Below, in pieces: positions 1 to 13,139 of a DNA stretch of 64,000 nucleotides. The position numbers were made by a program, and so were the translations under genes. The notes beneath the pieces were generated by a model, which was given only the letters and a program-made list of their open reading frames with translations, was not told where the DNA came from and did not search any database. The stretch's first letter is position 1, and each line of letters starts with the position of its first letter. The stretch is from the human T2T-CHM13v2.0 reference genome, Homo sapiens, in the NCBI RefSeq assembly GCF_009914755.1, contig NC_060945.1; one strand, given 5' to 3'.

Positions 1-408
1 CGGCTGTGCAGACTGGACTTGCATTAAAGCATTCTGGTGCAATAAACCTGAGTGGTTAACGAATGTCCTTAATTTGATACTCGCAGTTGGACTGGCTTCC
101 AAAGTCTAGCTGCAGAGGTAGAAAAAGCTTGAGGAAGAATGTTGGCTTCTGATCATGCTGCCTCTTTAGAAGCAAGCCAACTCTACGTAATAAAAGTTCT
201 TCTCTGGTAGATCTTTACTAAGCGGAAAATATTTCGTGCTTTTTCAATTATTTCTGCTCAACAATCAAGCTATGTTGGTCTACCTTCCAGGGATCACTGG
301 CGACATTTTTGCTATGACTTACCAAAGGTCATCAACTTCAGCAATAGTAGCTGTGAGTCCTTGTTCAGTCTTTTCCCTGTTCTGTTAGGGTAACACATTG
401 TTTTGGGG

Positions 409-727
409 TTTTTGGTTGTTGTTTTTGTTTGTTTGTTTTTTGCTTTGAGATGGAGCCTCACTCTTTTGCCCAGGCTCGAGTGCAGTGGCGCGATCTCGGC
501 TCACTGCAACCTCTGACTCGCAGGTTCAAGCGATTCTCCTGCCTCAGCCTCCTGAGTAGCGGGGATTACAGGCATGCACCACCACAACTGGCTATTTTTG
601 GCATTTTTAGTAGAGATGAGGTTTGGCCATGTTGGTCAGGCTGGTCTTGAACTCCTGGCCTCAAGCAATCCACCCACCTCGGCCTCCCCAAGTGCTGGGA
701 TTACAGGCATGAGCCATCGAGCCCGAC
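409..727 (-). mobile_element. Alu SINE, full-length (old AluS/J type)
   Basis: T/GT-rich tail, then GAGATGGAGCCTCACTC...GTGCTGGGATTACAGGCATGAGCCA, the reverse complement of an Alu dimer. Confidence 0.95.
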
Positions 728-779
728 TGTTTTTGGTCTTTGTCCAGCATTTTCCTACATCTTTGTACCAAAATCCTTA

Positions 780-1110
780 TGGTTAGAATGCAGGCTAAGC
801 TGCTTGTATAAAGGACCACAAAACACAGTGACTTGAACAGTATATAAATTTGTTTCTTTTTTATGTGACAGTCACGTTAGGTGGACAAAGGCAAGCAGGA
901 AAACTTAATGTTGTTAGAGAGGAAGATTATCTGTAGAATGGGTTGACAATCCACCGGGTTAAGGCTAACTCATCACACTATGTTGCAGTCTGTAACAGGG
1001 AAACGAAATGTGAAGATACAGCTTTTTCCTCCTTCCTAAAGACCCTTCCCAGAAGTTGCACACGTCTCTTCTGCTTCAATGCAAGACTAGAAATTATAGT
1101 CTGTAGTATG
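780..1110. mobile_element. Ancient MaLR LTR fragment (MLT1J/K/L-like)
   Basis: CAGGCTAAGCTGCT...CAAAACACAGTGACTTGAACA...TTTGTTTCTTT and TTCCCAGAAGTTGCACAC resemble recalled MLT1K-type consensus; highly diverged. Confidence 0.5.
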
Positions 1111-2139
1111 TAGTAAGAATATTAAAATATTCTTAGTAATAATAAAAATGGATAGATGTTGATGTAACCAACACCTTCTTTTAATAGAGTTTTGAATGTT
1201 TATTTTAAATATTTATAAGAATACAACTGAGGAAGCTAAAGGGTAGTTCATTTTTAAGTTATTTTATAGGTTATGTTGCCAGGTATTACATTAATAAAGC
1301 ATGTAACAAAGCACTAATGACACTTTTTCTTCAAAGTTATTTTCAAATAGAATTTTGAGGAAAAAGACCATTTTTCATTAAGCATGTAAAGACAAATATG
1401 TATAAACAATGAATGATATTCAACAAAATATTATGCAAAGACTTGAATAGAAATGAATGAGATGATCTGTTGGTAGTTGAGTATCTCTAGGCAACCTTCT
1501 TTTTATACCTCTCCTGCATCATGCCACCTTTTGTATCCCTCCATCAAAAGAAGCTGATTATCTGATTAATGTCCCATAAATTCGAAGTTGTTATTATAAA
1601 TGACCTGAAATCAGGCAAAAAATATATATAGAGACAAATTATATTAAACATACTAGCAATGAATTATCTTCTGCTATAGTTGAATGTAAGTTTAAGAAAA
1701 TATTAAAACATTCATAACAGAAAATAAATCTTTAATTCCTCTTGTTTCATAAAACACATTTTAAGTGCTTAAACTTATAATTAAGCATGTACTTTAGCCG
1801 CAGAGAAATATTACAACTACTTGATTATAAAAAAACAAAATTGTAGTTGTGTTGCACTTAAATTCTGAAGCTGATTATTTTTATCGGTTACAATCAGCAA
1901 ATAAGCTCAAAATGTTTTACAGGAGACTGCAGGTTAGTTTCTTCTTTGTCTAAATAAGAAATGTCTCAATGTCGAGGTCAACTTTTAAATACTTGACTAT
2001 TGGCACTCTCATGAGTCAAGTATGGAGTGAAAGAAGTGAACGGTATCGTTGGTCTGCATTGTGAATATTTAACAATACTTTTATTTCACATTTGATTGCT
2101 AATCATATTTTTAGGTTGAAAGTTCAGTTTTAACTCTTT

Positions 2140-2222
2140 AGCGTAACATAAATTAGGTGAGTTAATATAGATAGAAGATTTAGAGCAGTGTCTGATACAA
2201 AACATTAAATAAATATCAGCTT
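2140..2222 (+). mobile_element. MIR 3' fragment
   Basis: ATTAGGTGAGTTAATATAGATAGAAGATTTAGAGCAGTGTCTGATACA...AATAAATATCAGCT resembles the MIR tail. Confidence 0.5.
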
Positions 2223-3289
2223 TTCTGTGTGTCTTATAAATGTTGCTCTATAAGTGTTTACGGAATATATTTAGAATATTTCATTTAATTTGTTTCTCAT
2301 AAAAAGACAGTATATCTGTAATTTTTTTCAATGAATTATTTTCAATATCAGTTTCAATTAGTAGCTTGATATTTGTCTTACAAAAACCCTTCTTGTTTAG
2401 TCAATTCAAAGAGTGAAGTCTACTTTATTACCACTCTACTTCAACTTTACTACTGGTGTCTTTTACTTTGCCTTACATACTTATGGAACCACACTAGTAA
2501 GTTGTGGGTAATTGCCTGCTTAAAATGTATAAATTAACTTTTCAAAAGTCATCTTTATTTGTGAAGTTCAGGCCAGCATAATCGTTAATTGCAAACTTTG
2601 AAGCCGATTGTCTCAGTTGGCCACTCCCTAACAGGTGAACAGTGCTTGTGTTTACAGGGTGTCTAGAGTAGAGTTAACTTACTAATTTTTCCATTTATAT
2701 CCAACATATGTCAACCATATGCTAATATAATTTCTATAATGGCTATTTTGGGAAAAGAAAATATATAATACAGAATATAAAACTGATTACTTACCAAAAT
2801 CTCATAATCATCATCACTTTAGAGAAGCGATTGGTTTTTGATTTCCAGTATGCACTCATCTATTACTAACCAAATTTCAGTGAGGACAATTCCAGGCACT
2901 GCCTTAATTTTTTTTAATTAAAATCCTCATTTTACTGGATACCGAAGAAAAGGAAATATGTTGATGTGTTTAGAAGCTTTAAACTAAAATACCTACTTAA
3001 ATGAGTATGTAGAAAAATGTTATAAAAGAGAGCATCTGACTTGAACTACTGCTTCAATCAATAATCAATTTCTGTAATTACTTTAAATCATTAAAACAAG
3101 GAAGAAAAGACACAAGCAACTGTATGTATTACACATTTCAAAGCAAGATGTTTAGTAACAGAAAATAACCTTGTAGTACTAAATTCAGATTGATAATTTT
3201 TGAAATGCATTTATGAAACTTACAAAATTTAAAATCTTTGTAAGAAAAATAACCATGTAATGAGTATTAAAATTATAGTCATGATATAA

Positions 3290-3629
<340 letters not shown>

Positions 3630-3779
3630 TGAAGGTGGAAAAATTACCTTTTGGGTACAATGTTCACTATTCAGGCGATGGGTACGCTAGAAGTCCAAAC
3701 CCCGATACTATCCAATATATCCATGTAACAAACCTGCACATGTTGCCCATGAATCTATGAAAATAAAAAATAAAAAAAA
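3630..3779 (+). mobile_element. L1PB-like 3' end
   Basis: TGGGTACAATGTTCACTATT...CATGTAACAAACCTGCACATG...GAATCT followed by an A-rich tail. Confidence 0.85.
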
Positions 3780-3803
3780 TCTAAGACTATTTTATGCTAT
3801 TCT

Positions 3804-4285
3804 TGTGTAGGAGGCAGAATAATAGTCCTAAAAAATACTCACTTCCTAATCCCCCAAAGTGTAAATATGTTACCTTACCTGGGATGAGGGACTTTGTAGA
3901 TGTGATTAAATTAAGGTTCTTGAATTGGTGAGATTGTCCTGGATTATTCCTGTGGGTTCAGTATAATCACAAGTGTCTTTACACATGTAAATGAGAGACG
4001 GGAGAGTCAGAGGAAGACATGTGAGCACCGAAACAGATTGCAGAGATGTGGCTGTGACCTGGGAGCCATGAGCCAAGGAGTGTCGTGCCTTTAAAAGCCG
4101 GAAAAGGCAATGACACAGATTCTCTCCTAGAGTCCCCAGAAGGAATGCAGCCCTGCGGACACCCACTTCAAGTCTAGTGAGACCCATTTTGGACTTTTAA
4201 CCTCCAGAAGTGTAAGATAATAAAGCTGTGTTGTTTTAAGCCAGGGAGTATATGGTAATTTGTTACAGAAGCATTAGGAATCTAC
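3804..4285 (+). mobile_element. MaLR solo LTR (MLT1C/D)
   Basis: GGCAGAATAAT...AATATGTTACCTTAC...GGGACTTTGTAGATGTGATTAA...CCTCCAGAAGTGTAAGATAATAAA...GGTAATTTGTTACAG. Confidence 0.9.
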
Positions 4286-4489
4286 GGTCTCTGACACATT
4301 TACAGAATTCAAGAAGCCTGAGGTCTAATTTAAGAAATACTATTAATCTTTTCTCTACTCATTTTCTTCAACTGCCAAGTGAGTATTGTAATGCCAGTCT
4401 TACATACCTCACATCATTATGTAAAGATAACATTAATGTTTAAAATAACGCATTACTTTTTCTATAGTTTAAATAGCTTGCTCCCATAA

Positions 4490-5520
4490 CGCATTCACTC
4501 AACAAGTATTAATGGAGTTCCATCTAGATTCTCTCGACCCTGGGGATAAAGCACTGAACAAACATTCACAACAAACATTCACAACTTCCTGTGATTATGA
4601 AATATATATTCTAGTGGTAGGGAAGTGCATAAACAATAAATATGTAGTGTGTCAGATGATGATTAGTGCACTGGAGGAAAAGAAATGATAAAAAGACGTA
4701 GAAAATGGGGAGCTTTAATTTAAGCTGGAGTCATTCTGAAAAGTCTCAGTGATGGGGGAATTTGTGTAAAGACCTCAGTGAGGTGAGAGAGTGTGAGTCT
4801 CATGTATATTTAGGGGTAGGTGTTCCAGTCTCCTCAAAGGTCTTCTGACTGACATGTGTCTGAACTATGGGGAGGCTAATGTGTGTGGAAGGAAGTTACA
4901 GAGGGAGCCTCCCATGGCAGGAGATGAACGCAGAAGATAAGCAGGAGACTAATGGAGTTACAGGAGATAATTATGGGCTTCCTTTGTCTTTGTTAGGACT
5001 TCAGTTTTTACTCTGTGAGAGAATGGATGTCCTTGGGGTATTGAGCAGAAGAGTAACATGATTGGAAATAAGTTTTTAAAAGATGCTTTCTAGCTGGTAT
5101 GGTAAGAAATACCTGAGGTTGGGAGGAGACGAGGTAAAAGAAGATTGCAAAAATGCAGGTCATTGATCTTGACGGCTACGACCAAGGTGGTATTAGTAGA
5201 GGTAGTGAGATGTTGTTCAATTCTAAATATAATTTGGAGGTAGAGATTATGCAATTTGCTGATGCATTGGATGTAATATATCAAAGAAGAAAGGAGTCAA
5301 GGATGTTATCAAAGCTTCCAGACTGCACAGCTGAATTGAGGGTGTTTTCCCCAGCTCAGATGGGCAAGACTGAAGGAAGGATAGTTGGGAATGAGCAAGT
5401 GTTTTGTTTTGGATAAGTTAAGCATGAAATGCCTGTCAGCTATCCAGGTGTGGATGTTTTGATGGCATTTGCGTATGCCAGTCTGGGTTTCATGAATAGA
5501 GTCCAGGCTGGAAATAGAAA
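4490..5520 (-). mobile_element. L2 LINE 3' portion
   Basis: Starts CATTCACTCAACAAGTATT (reverse complement of the L2 tail); internal TTGAGCAGAAGAGTAACATGAT, ATTTGCTGATGCATTGGATGT, AGATGGGCAAGACTGAAGGA. Confidence 0.8.
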
Positions 5521-6139
5521 TCCTCCTGCACAAATTATTGCACTTATTAATTACAACTTTGTCAGATTTTCTAAGTAAAATTTAAATGCAGTAGTATCTA
5601 TAATTTTTACAGCAATTTTATGTCCCACTATTTAAGAGGCTGGAGCCAATATTGCCATAATGTGATATTATGCAATGATACTCAGGTAAATAAACTCTCT
5701 GCAAAAAAAAAAAATAATATTAACCTATAATTATTTTTGAAAATCATTCATATTGGATTTTTCGAAAATGCATATTGATTTCAACATTCAGGTAAAGTGA
5801 AACAGAAAGTGAAAGACACTCAAGATATGAACTACTTACTTATTGTAATGAGGATGCTGATTTTGCATATTTTTATAATTAAACTATACAAATCATCTCA
5901 TTATTTAAATACAGATTCCTTCTTAAAATATGAAGTCCACTTTGTTTTATTTACATTATGTGAGGCTCATAAAACACTTTGGAAAACTACTTCTTGAGAC
6001 ACGGCATTAAAGACTAAGTGGCAAAGTAAATAAGGATTATATCCCTATAATTATTCTGGATATATTTTTTAAATCTATCAAAAAAGGGAGGAGGGTCATC
6101 ATTAATTTTTTTTAATTTGCTTTTAACATATATTGTCTT

Positions 6140-6898
6140 TTTTTATTATTATACTTTAAGTTCTAGGGTACATGTGCACAATGTGCAGATTTATTACATA
6201 TGTATACATGTGCCATGTTGGTGTGCTGCACCCATTAACTCATCATTTGAATTAGGTATATCTCCTAATGCTATCCCTCCCCCCTCCCCCCACCCCACGA
6301 CAGGCCCCGGTGTGTGATGTTCCCCTTCCTGTGTCCGAGTGTTCTCATTGTTCAATTCCCACCTATGAGTGAGAACATGCGGTGTTTGGTTTTTTTGTCC
6401 TTGCGATAGGTTGCTTAGAATGACGGTTTCCAAATTCATCCATGTCCCTACAAAGGACATGAACTCAGCCTTTTTTATGGCTGCATAGTATTCCATGGTG
6501 TATATGTGCCACATTTTCTTAATCCAGTCTATCATTGATGGACATTTGGGTTGGTTCCAAGTCTTTGCTATTGTGAATAGTGTCACAATAAGCATATGTG
6601 TGCATGTGTCTTTATAGCAGCATGATTTATAATCCTTTGGGTATATACCCAGTAATGGGATGGCTGAGTCAAATGGTATTTCTAGTGCTAGATCCCTGAG
6701 GAATCACCACACTGTCTTCCACAATGGTTGAACTAGTTTACAGTCCCACCAACAGTGTAAAAGTGTTCCTATTTCTCCACACCCTCTCCAGTACCTGTTG
6801 TTTCCTGACTTTTTAATGATCGCCATTCTAACTGGTGTGAGATGGTATCTCATTGTGGTTTTGATTTGCGTTTCTCTGATGGCCAGTGATGATGAGCT
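6140..6898 (-). mobile_element. Young 5'-truncated L1PA (PA3-PA5-like): ORF2 C-terminus plus 3'UTR
   Basis: ORF 6194..6595(-) reads TIAKTWNQPKCPSMIDWIKKMWHIYTMEYYAAIKK (L1 ORF2p C-terminus); TSD TATTGTCTT at 6131-6139 and 6899-6907. Confidence 0.97.
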
Positions 6899-7379
6899 TA
6901 TTGTCTTACAAGAAGAAGAATGAATTTCAGTATGTTTCCTTTGTTACCATAGCTGCTATAATTCACAGAACAAAATTTAATGTGCAACCAAATAGAGAAA
7001 GTTTCAAAGAGAAAGAGAAGGCCTGTGGCCTATGGCCCAAAAGTCAAGCTTGAGAGAAAGCTACTGGAAAGTATTGGAGTGAAATACTGAGAGCCAAGCT
7101 ATAGATATTACCTCTTTAATCTTCTGTTGAAAATCTTCAGTAAAATCTATATTTTTCTCTAGTGATTTGTGGATTCCCTCTCTTTTTTTGGTGGGTGTTG
7201 GAGATGTCTTATTGGTGAAGGAGAAAGCAATGAAGTGTTAAGTCTTGCTTCATGGAGCAGAAATAGAGGCTGCTCTTGAAAGACGGGAGATACAAGATTT
7301 GTACTTGCGTAAGAGATAATAATAATAATAATATAATTAGGAACATTGCCATGTTGGAAGGTATAAATTGAGAATGAAT

Positions 7380-7770
7380 AGAAAGGGAAATTAACCCTGG
7401 TTTCACATGTCATGTTAATTCTGGAGAAAATGATGTCTAAACTAGAGTTAGAATTAGTTTTGATGGAGTTCAGAAAAAGCTGAAGATGTGAAATGTTTCA
7501 GGAGAAAGCAATTACATGTGAAAAGACCTAGGGGCAAAAGTTAAAGTAGCAGGTCTAGGAGCCTAGAGTGAGATGGAAGAAGTAGGAACTAGATACCCCG
7601 GAGAGGCACTTAAGGATAGTGTTGTAAACAGCCTTGTCAGATTCATAAGGGAGTTGTTCTTTAGCCTGAGAGCAATGAAGAGCCCAGCGAAGCCGATACT
7701 TTAATTACAATTGTGCAAACTTTTGGCAACAAAATGGAGAATGAAGCAGACAGTCTGTGCTTTCATTAAG
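7380..7770 (-). mobile_element. Degenerate L2 fragment
   Basis: TTCTGGAGAAAATGATGTCTAAACT, TTTCAGGAGAAAGCAATTACATGTGAAAAGACC and CCTGAGAGCAATGAAGAGCC resemble L2. Confidence 0.5.
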
Positions 7771-8139
7771 TTTAAGTTCCCTGGGTGCAAAAGGCATTGA
7801 ACTCTTAACCATACAGATAAAATAATAATGCAATGGCAGCCCCACCTCCTTTTGACAGATCTGAAGAATATGTCCTGAGTGACTATGGGGATACCAATCC
7901 TCATTTACCTTACAAGTTTGTCTTTAATGCAGAGTCTCAGCAAAGAAGTTTCAGAGAGATTAGATTACAACTCAAAAAGTAAGCTGTAATGCTCTGACAG
8001 ACAATGAATTGGAATAGCGATGCCTAGTTTCAGGAAGACAGAAGAGGACTACCATACTTTACTGAGCAATTACTGGTGGAATTTCCACATTTCTTAGTCT
8101 ACTTATATTGTTTAATCATAGTAAGTGCACATTTTTATT

Positions 8140-8260
8140 CCTTTATTAATCTACTTCACTAATATATTTAAGTACCTACTCATTAGTAGAAACTGAGCTA
8201 ACTGGAGAGAGAAAATAGTAAGCAAATTCAATCCATGCTTTCATGAAACAAACTCCCTTA
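8140..8260 (-). mobile_element. L2 3'-end fragment
   Basis: TTCACTAATATATTTAAGTACCTACT...CCATGCTTTCATGAA. Confidence 0.5.
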
Positions 8261-8384
8261 GATGCAGATAAAAATTACTATTTTTTATCAATAACATGGA
8301 AAAAGTTATACTGCACTATATCTTTATGATATAAAAAAGAATAAAATGACCAATGAAAGCATAATAAAGCATAATTTCATCTAT

Positions 8385-8557
8385 TCTTTTTTTAAAAAAA
8401 TGCAGGGTCTCACTCTGTAGCTCAGACTGGAATGTAGTGGAATGACCATAGCTGACTGCATCCTTCAACTTCTGGGTTGAAGTGATCCTCCCGCCTCAGC
8501 CTCCAGAATAGCTGAGACTGTAGGTGTGCACCACCACACCTGCTTCTAAATTTTTTT
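8385..8557 (-). mobile_element. Alu right-arm monomer (FRAM or AluJ half)
   Basis: CAGGGTCTCACTCTGT...CATAGCTGACTGCA...GATCCTCCCGCCTCAGCCTCC; no left arm. Confidence 0.88.
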
Positions 8558-9099
8558 AATTTATGAAATTTTAAAAGTACCAAGAGATCTTTTATATCTC
8601 AGTAAGGCATAGCTCTGAGTGATAAAATATTAACATATCAATGGAAGTTCCTAACTTTCCAAATATAAGCCTTTTAACTCCAGATAACTGTTAGGTCACT
8701 TTTGATAAGGAAGTTGTCTGTTTTCTTATGTAAGTTCACAGTTTTTTTATTTTTTTTTACACTCTTTACTTTTATTTTTTTTAGCCTTTAACTCTCAGGG
8801 AAGCAATAGATATACTTTAACACAAACTATAACAATTGTTTATTTTTATACTACAGAAAATGGATAGATGCTATTCTGAATTGTTCTAGTTTGTCACTAT
8901 ATGTTAGATTTTAAAATGTTTCAACATTTTTTTCTAGTTATATTTAAACTTAGATTTTACACTAAAATTTTCAGATATGCTACTAAAATATCAAGAAAAC
9001 TATAATTAATGGAAATCTTCCATAGGCAGAGAGACATTAATGTTCACAAAATGTTTTTGGTCTCTATATTAGTCACTTTATTTGCAAGAGGGAATCAAA

Positions 9100-9690
9100 A
9101 AGAATGACCTCTGCACGTATATGTAGAAAAACTCTGACCAACAGTCTTTACTTAAATATGGCACCGAATCAGGAAGATGCTTTATTATAGCACCACTTCT
9201 CCTTCTCTAAAAGGAAATCAACAGAGAATGGAGGTTCTAAGAGAACATCCCTATCAGTCGGCTGTCCCTTCTTAAATATCAATGTAATATAATTAGAGTT
9301 TTTAATTATTATTCTTACATTAGTTTATTTTTAACTCAAATAATTAAATCACTCAAATCGCTGAATAGTGAATAATGATACACATTTATATTTAAGAGGG
9401 GATTCATTATCCCAAGATGATGCATTATTTTTAGTTTAAAAATAACTATTTAATTGTATGGAACAATCAGTTAAGTTTTGTCATTTTGGAGGATTCAGAA
9501 TTTGCATTATTTTCTGAACAGCAGACTGATAGGAATGTTCTCTTAGAACCTCTATTCTCTGTTGATTTTTTCTTTTGGAGAAGGGGGAAGAAGTGCTGTA
9601 ATAAAACACCTTCCTGATTCAGTGCGATATATAAATAAAGACCGTTGGTCAGAATTTTCCTACATGCATGTGCAGAGGCCAATCATTCTT
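9100..9690. repeat. Long imperfect inverted repeat; arms 9100-9267 and 9516-9690, spacer about 248 bp
   Basis: AATCAACAGAGAATGGAGGTTCTAAGAGAACATCCCTATCAGTC matches the reverse complement of GACTGATAGGAATGTTCTCTTAGAACCTCTATTCTCTGTTGATT; manual alignment gives about 22 substitutions and 3 small indels over about 170 bp. Confidence 0.95.
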
Positions 9691-10819
9691 CTAGGGTTTA
9701 AACAATGTTTGAAATACATATTATTGGGCCACAAAACAGGTACTCAATTATGCTGGATTTCAAATTTTTTCTATGTCCAGCAGGTAAAAGCAACTAATTA
9801 AAATTATTGAACCTAGTTCTACTGGAGTTAATTTTCATGGGGAAGCACAAAGTCAGAATCAAAAGACCAATTTCTTGCTGCTTCTCAGATAGCTGAATGA
9901 TCAACAGTAAACAAGTGGAATTTCTAAGATTTATGGTCCTGTATCTACCTCATTCATCTTGGCTCTTATTGTTTTTACTCATGCCTTCCTACATTTTTCT
10001 CTTTGTGCCTGGTGTTCTTTGCATGAAATTTATTTTCCAATATAAAGCTGTTAGTCGACATGCTAGTATGATTAGGAAATAGAGTTATATTGCTCCCGTT
10101 GTCAGAGACACAGTTGCACTGGAGAGCACCCCATCAATTCATATGATCAGTCAGTTTAAAGCAAATCTGAATAACAACTACGGAGTCCAGTGAAGTACAG
10201 AATAATGATGGTTTGCCTTATTTTACTTCTTTCTTATTTGACTTTGTTTTCTTGTTGTTCGAGTGTCTCTTGGATACCAAATTAAAAATACAAAGAAAGT
10301 AAGTAATTACTTGGCAGGAAGGAAGTTAAAAAAAGTTGAATATAGGTGTTTTCTCTATATACATACTGTTTATCAGCAAGCTGAATTTGTTTATTTTATC
10401 CTCTTACCTATTTCTTTTGACTAATCTGGATTTATTATAGTAACTTATCTCCTTAGATGACTTTAAAGAAATCTCTTTGTGTACTTTACTCAGTGGGGTA
10501 CTTTGACAAAATGTACCAATTAGGCTTATGTGAGATGTCAAGTGAGAAGAATGAGTAAGAAAAATTGATCTCAAGTGAATGAACACATTTTATTCAGAGT
10601 GATTTTAAAATGTGAGCAAAAACACCACAATACATGATAAAATTAACCACCAGCTGAATTTGAATTATGTTCTTTATAGGATGCATCCTGAAACTTCATA
10701 GTATTAATGCAAAGGAAACAAAAGCTGTGGAAAATGATATTCAACATTGAACATCAGAAAAAACAATAATAATTTTTTATTTATATTTATCAATATTATT
10801 GTTTATTGTATGGACAGGC

Positions 10820-11335
10820 TTACAGACTGCAGTTGACAGGGGCTAGAGCTAAAATTCAGGGCACCTTCTGGAACTGCAATGGGACAGAGCCAGCATGCCT
10901 TTCGGACTGTCTCTCCCATGAGTTACCTACACGGGTCGGGTACGTCTGAGGCTGCAGCAGAGAAGGGTTGAGGCTGAGACAGGGTCCCATCAGGATCTGC
11001 TTTATGATGGATGCCAGCAAGCCCGTCCAGTTGGTGCTCATGGGCATATTTCTCAGCATCTCTCTGTGCCATCAGGATTGTTCCCAGGCTGCACTATAAA
11101 GAGGCTAGAGTTGAGCTTCAGGACCACTTAATCTGCTGTAGGATAGAGGCTGGTAATCCTGTCATGGTGGCACAGATGGGAGAGTCTCCCAACTGTTTCC
11201 TGCACAGGGAAGATTTCTCCCTGTCTGCAGCCAAAAGGAACTGGAGCTGAAACAGGGTCCCTTCAGGATACGCCATGGAATGAAAGCTGGCAAGCATATC
11301 CAGGTGACTCAGACAGGTGTCTCTCAACTGGTGGC
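10820..11335 (-). mobile_element. Probable old L1M (L1M2/M3-type) 5'-region fragment with degenerate ~135-bp monomers
   Basis: GC-richer patch with recurring GGCTAGAGCT..CAGGGCACC / GCTGAGACAGGGTCCCATCAGGATCTGC units at about 10840, 10965, 11102 and 11240. Confidence 0.55.
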
Positions 11336-12144
11336 TATGAGGCAATATTTTAAGACAACCAGTATAATTTTCGGCAAATGCAATCTGGCATTTAAATATA
11401 TTTATCAACAATTCTGAAAAGACTAAATATGCTGTAATTTCAAGTGCTCATTTAGTTGATGAATCATTAAGAAGTTATATGGATTAAATGTAGACTGTTG
11501 ATTGATATCATTTATAGTGAGATAGTAGTTGTGGTGATAAACAAAAATATTCTAAAATTCTTATGGAAAATTAAATGTCCAGAAGACTAAAAGGTACTCC
11601 GAAAGGGAGAAAAAAATGGGAACTTGCCATAAATCGTAGAAAATATGAAATATAATATATTTATTAATGTACTGATAAATTTTAGTCAATATTATTACAT
11701 AAATAGAATGTAATAAACCATTTTTTCAATATTGAATTATAACTTTTTAATATTGAAGTACAATGTTTCCACTTGACTGGTAAATAGTCGTTCATTACAA
11801 ATGTAACCAGTACTACTATATTTGAAAGAGTTATTATTTTTGTTAAAATAAAATAAAGTATAATTACACTCAGGAAGATAAAATATTGTGATTTTAAAAG
11901 TCAGAGACTGCCTTTACATGATTAACATGATTAACTATATTTTGTTTTTTTGTTTACATTGGTCAGAATGTTGTGTTATTAATGCCTTTTTGAATGCTAA
12001 TACCTAACCTCTGAAATTAAAAAAAAAAGCTAAAATATTTCAGATTAAATATGTAGATCCAAGTTATAAACAGCTAAATTCTTACCTAGTATCTGAAAAA
12101 GATGAGAAACAATTATTTTTTTCCTAATAATAAGACTAACTTTC

Positions 12145-12467
12145 AGCCAGGCACGGTGGCCCATGCCTATAATCCCAGCACTTTGGGAGGCCAAGGTGGA
12201 TATATCACCTGAGGTCAGGAGTTCAATACCAGCCTCGCCAACATGGTGAAACCCCGTCTCTACTAAAAATACAAAAATTAGCTGGGCGTGGTGGCACATG
12301 CCTGTAATCCCAGCTACTCTGGAGACTGAGGCAAGAGAATTGCTTGAATCTGGGAGATGGAGTTTACAGTGAGCTGAGATCATGCCACTGTACTCCAGCC
12401 TGGGCGACAGAGCAAGACTCCGTCTCAAAAAAAAAGAAAGAAAGAAAGAAAGAAACACAAAAAAAAC
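12145..12467 (+). mobile_element. AluSx-like
   Basis: GCCAGGCACGGTGGCCCATGCC...CACCTGAGGTCAGGAGTTC...A/GAAA tail; imperfect TSD AAGACTAAC/AAAACTAAC. Confidence 0.95.
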
Positions 12468-13139
12468 TAACGTTTGATTGGATTTCCCCTTATGTATAGA
12501 GAACAAAGCAATGATAGTAACTTCATATCATCATAGATCCCACTGTAATACAATAATTTGCTAACAAAGAAACAGTTTCAATGAAGTGTAGTGTTTACAA
12601 ACTACATTACAGCCTACAAATTATGTAAATGATTGTTACCCTTCTTATTATTTAAATGCATAAAGATTTTTCTTCTTCAAATACTGTCAGCTTCACAGTG
12701 AAAATAATTTTTGCTCAGCTGCTCTGACAGTCTTCTAATGGAAATTTTAAGTGGACCACGTCTATCTGCTGCATGATCTATGAATAAACTAAATATAGGT
12801 CTTTAAAGAGCCTTGTGGCGTTGATTGCTTTGACACATCCTGCATTTGCTCACTCTCCATTGTTTAATTTTTCACTAAGAAGAGAAGAAACAAGTACTCT
12901 GTCCTTGAATAGAATTAGCTATAGAGAACAGAGTGAGAATATACTTGAGATGACAGAAACTAAACAAATGCTTTGTAGCAGCCATAAAGGACTTGAGAAA
13001 TAAGGTCTTTAAAAGAGTAAAATTCAATGTGCCTGTACCTTAAAAGATAATTTCAAAACCGTATATAAGAGAAATATTTAACACTTTCAACCTATCAGAA
13101 ATTTTAAATGTATTTGTTCTTTGGAAAAATATTTAGTGT

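Noticed and set aside
323-381. Possible minus-strand exon ending in a perfect TG|GTAAGT donor, with an open frame [19 protein letters not shown]
   Set aside because: The acceptor lacks a polypyrimidine tract, the peptide is unrecognised and no partner exons were found; not supportable without transcript data.
429-786. Alu-overlapping ORFs here and at 3335, 12045, 13312, 14851, 18145, 21365, 28725, 35025, 40277, 45735 and 59634
   Set aside because: Typical Alu read-through peptides (e.g. [13 protein letters not shown]), not genes.
6194-6595. 133-aa ORF with real protein similarity
   Set aside because: C-terminus of L1 ORF2p in a 5'-truncated L1PA, not a host gene.
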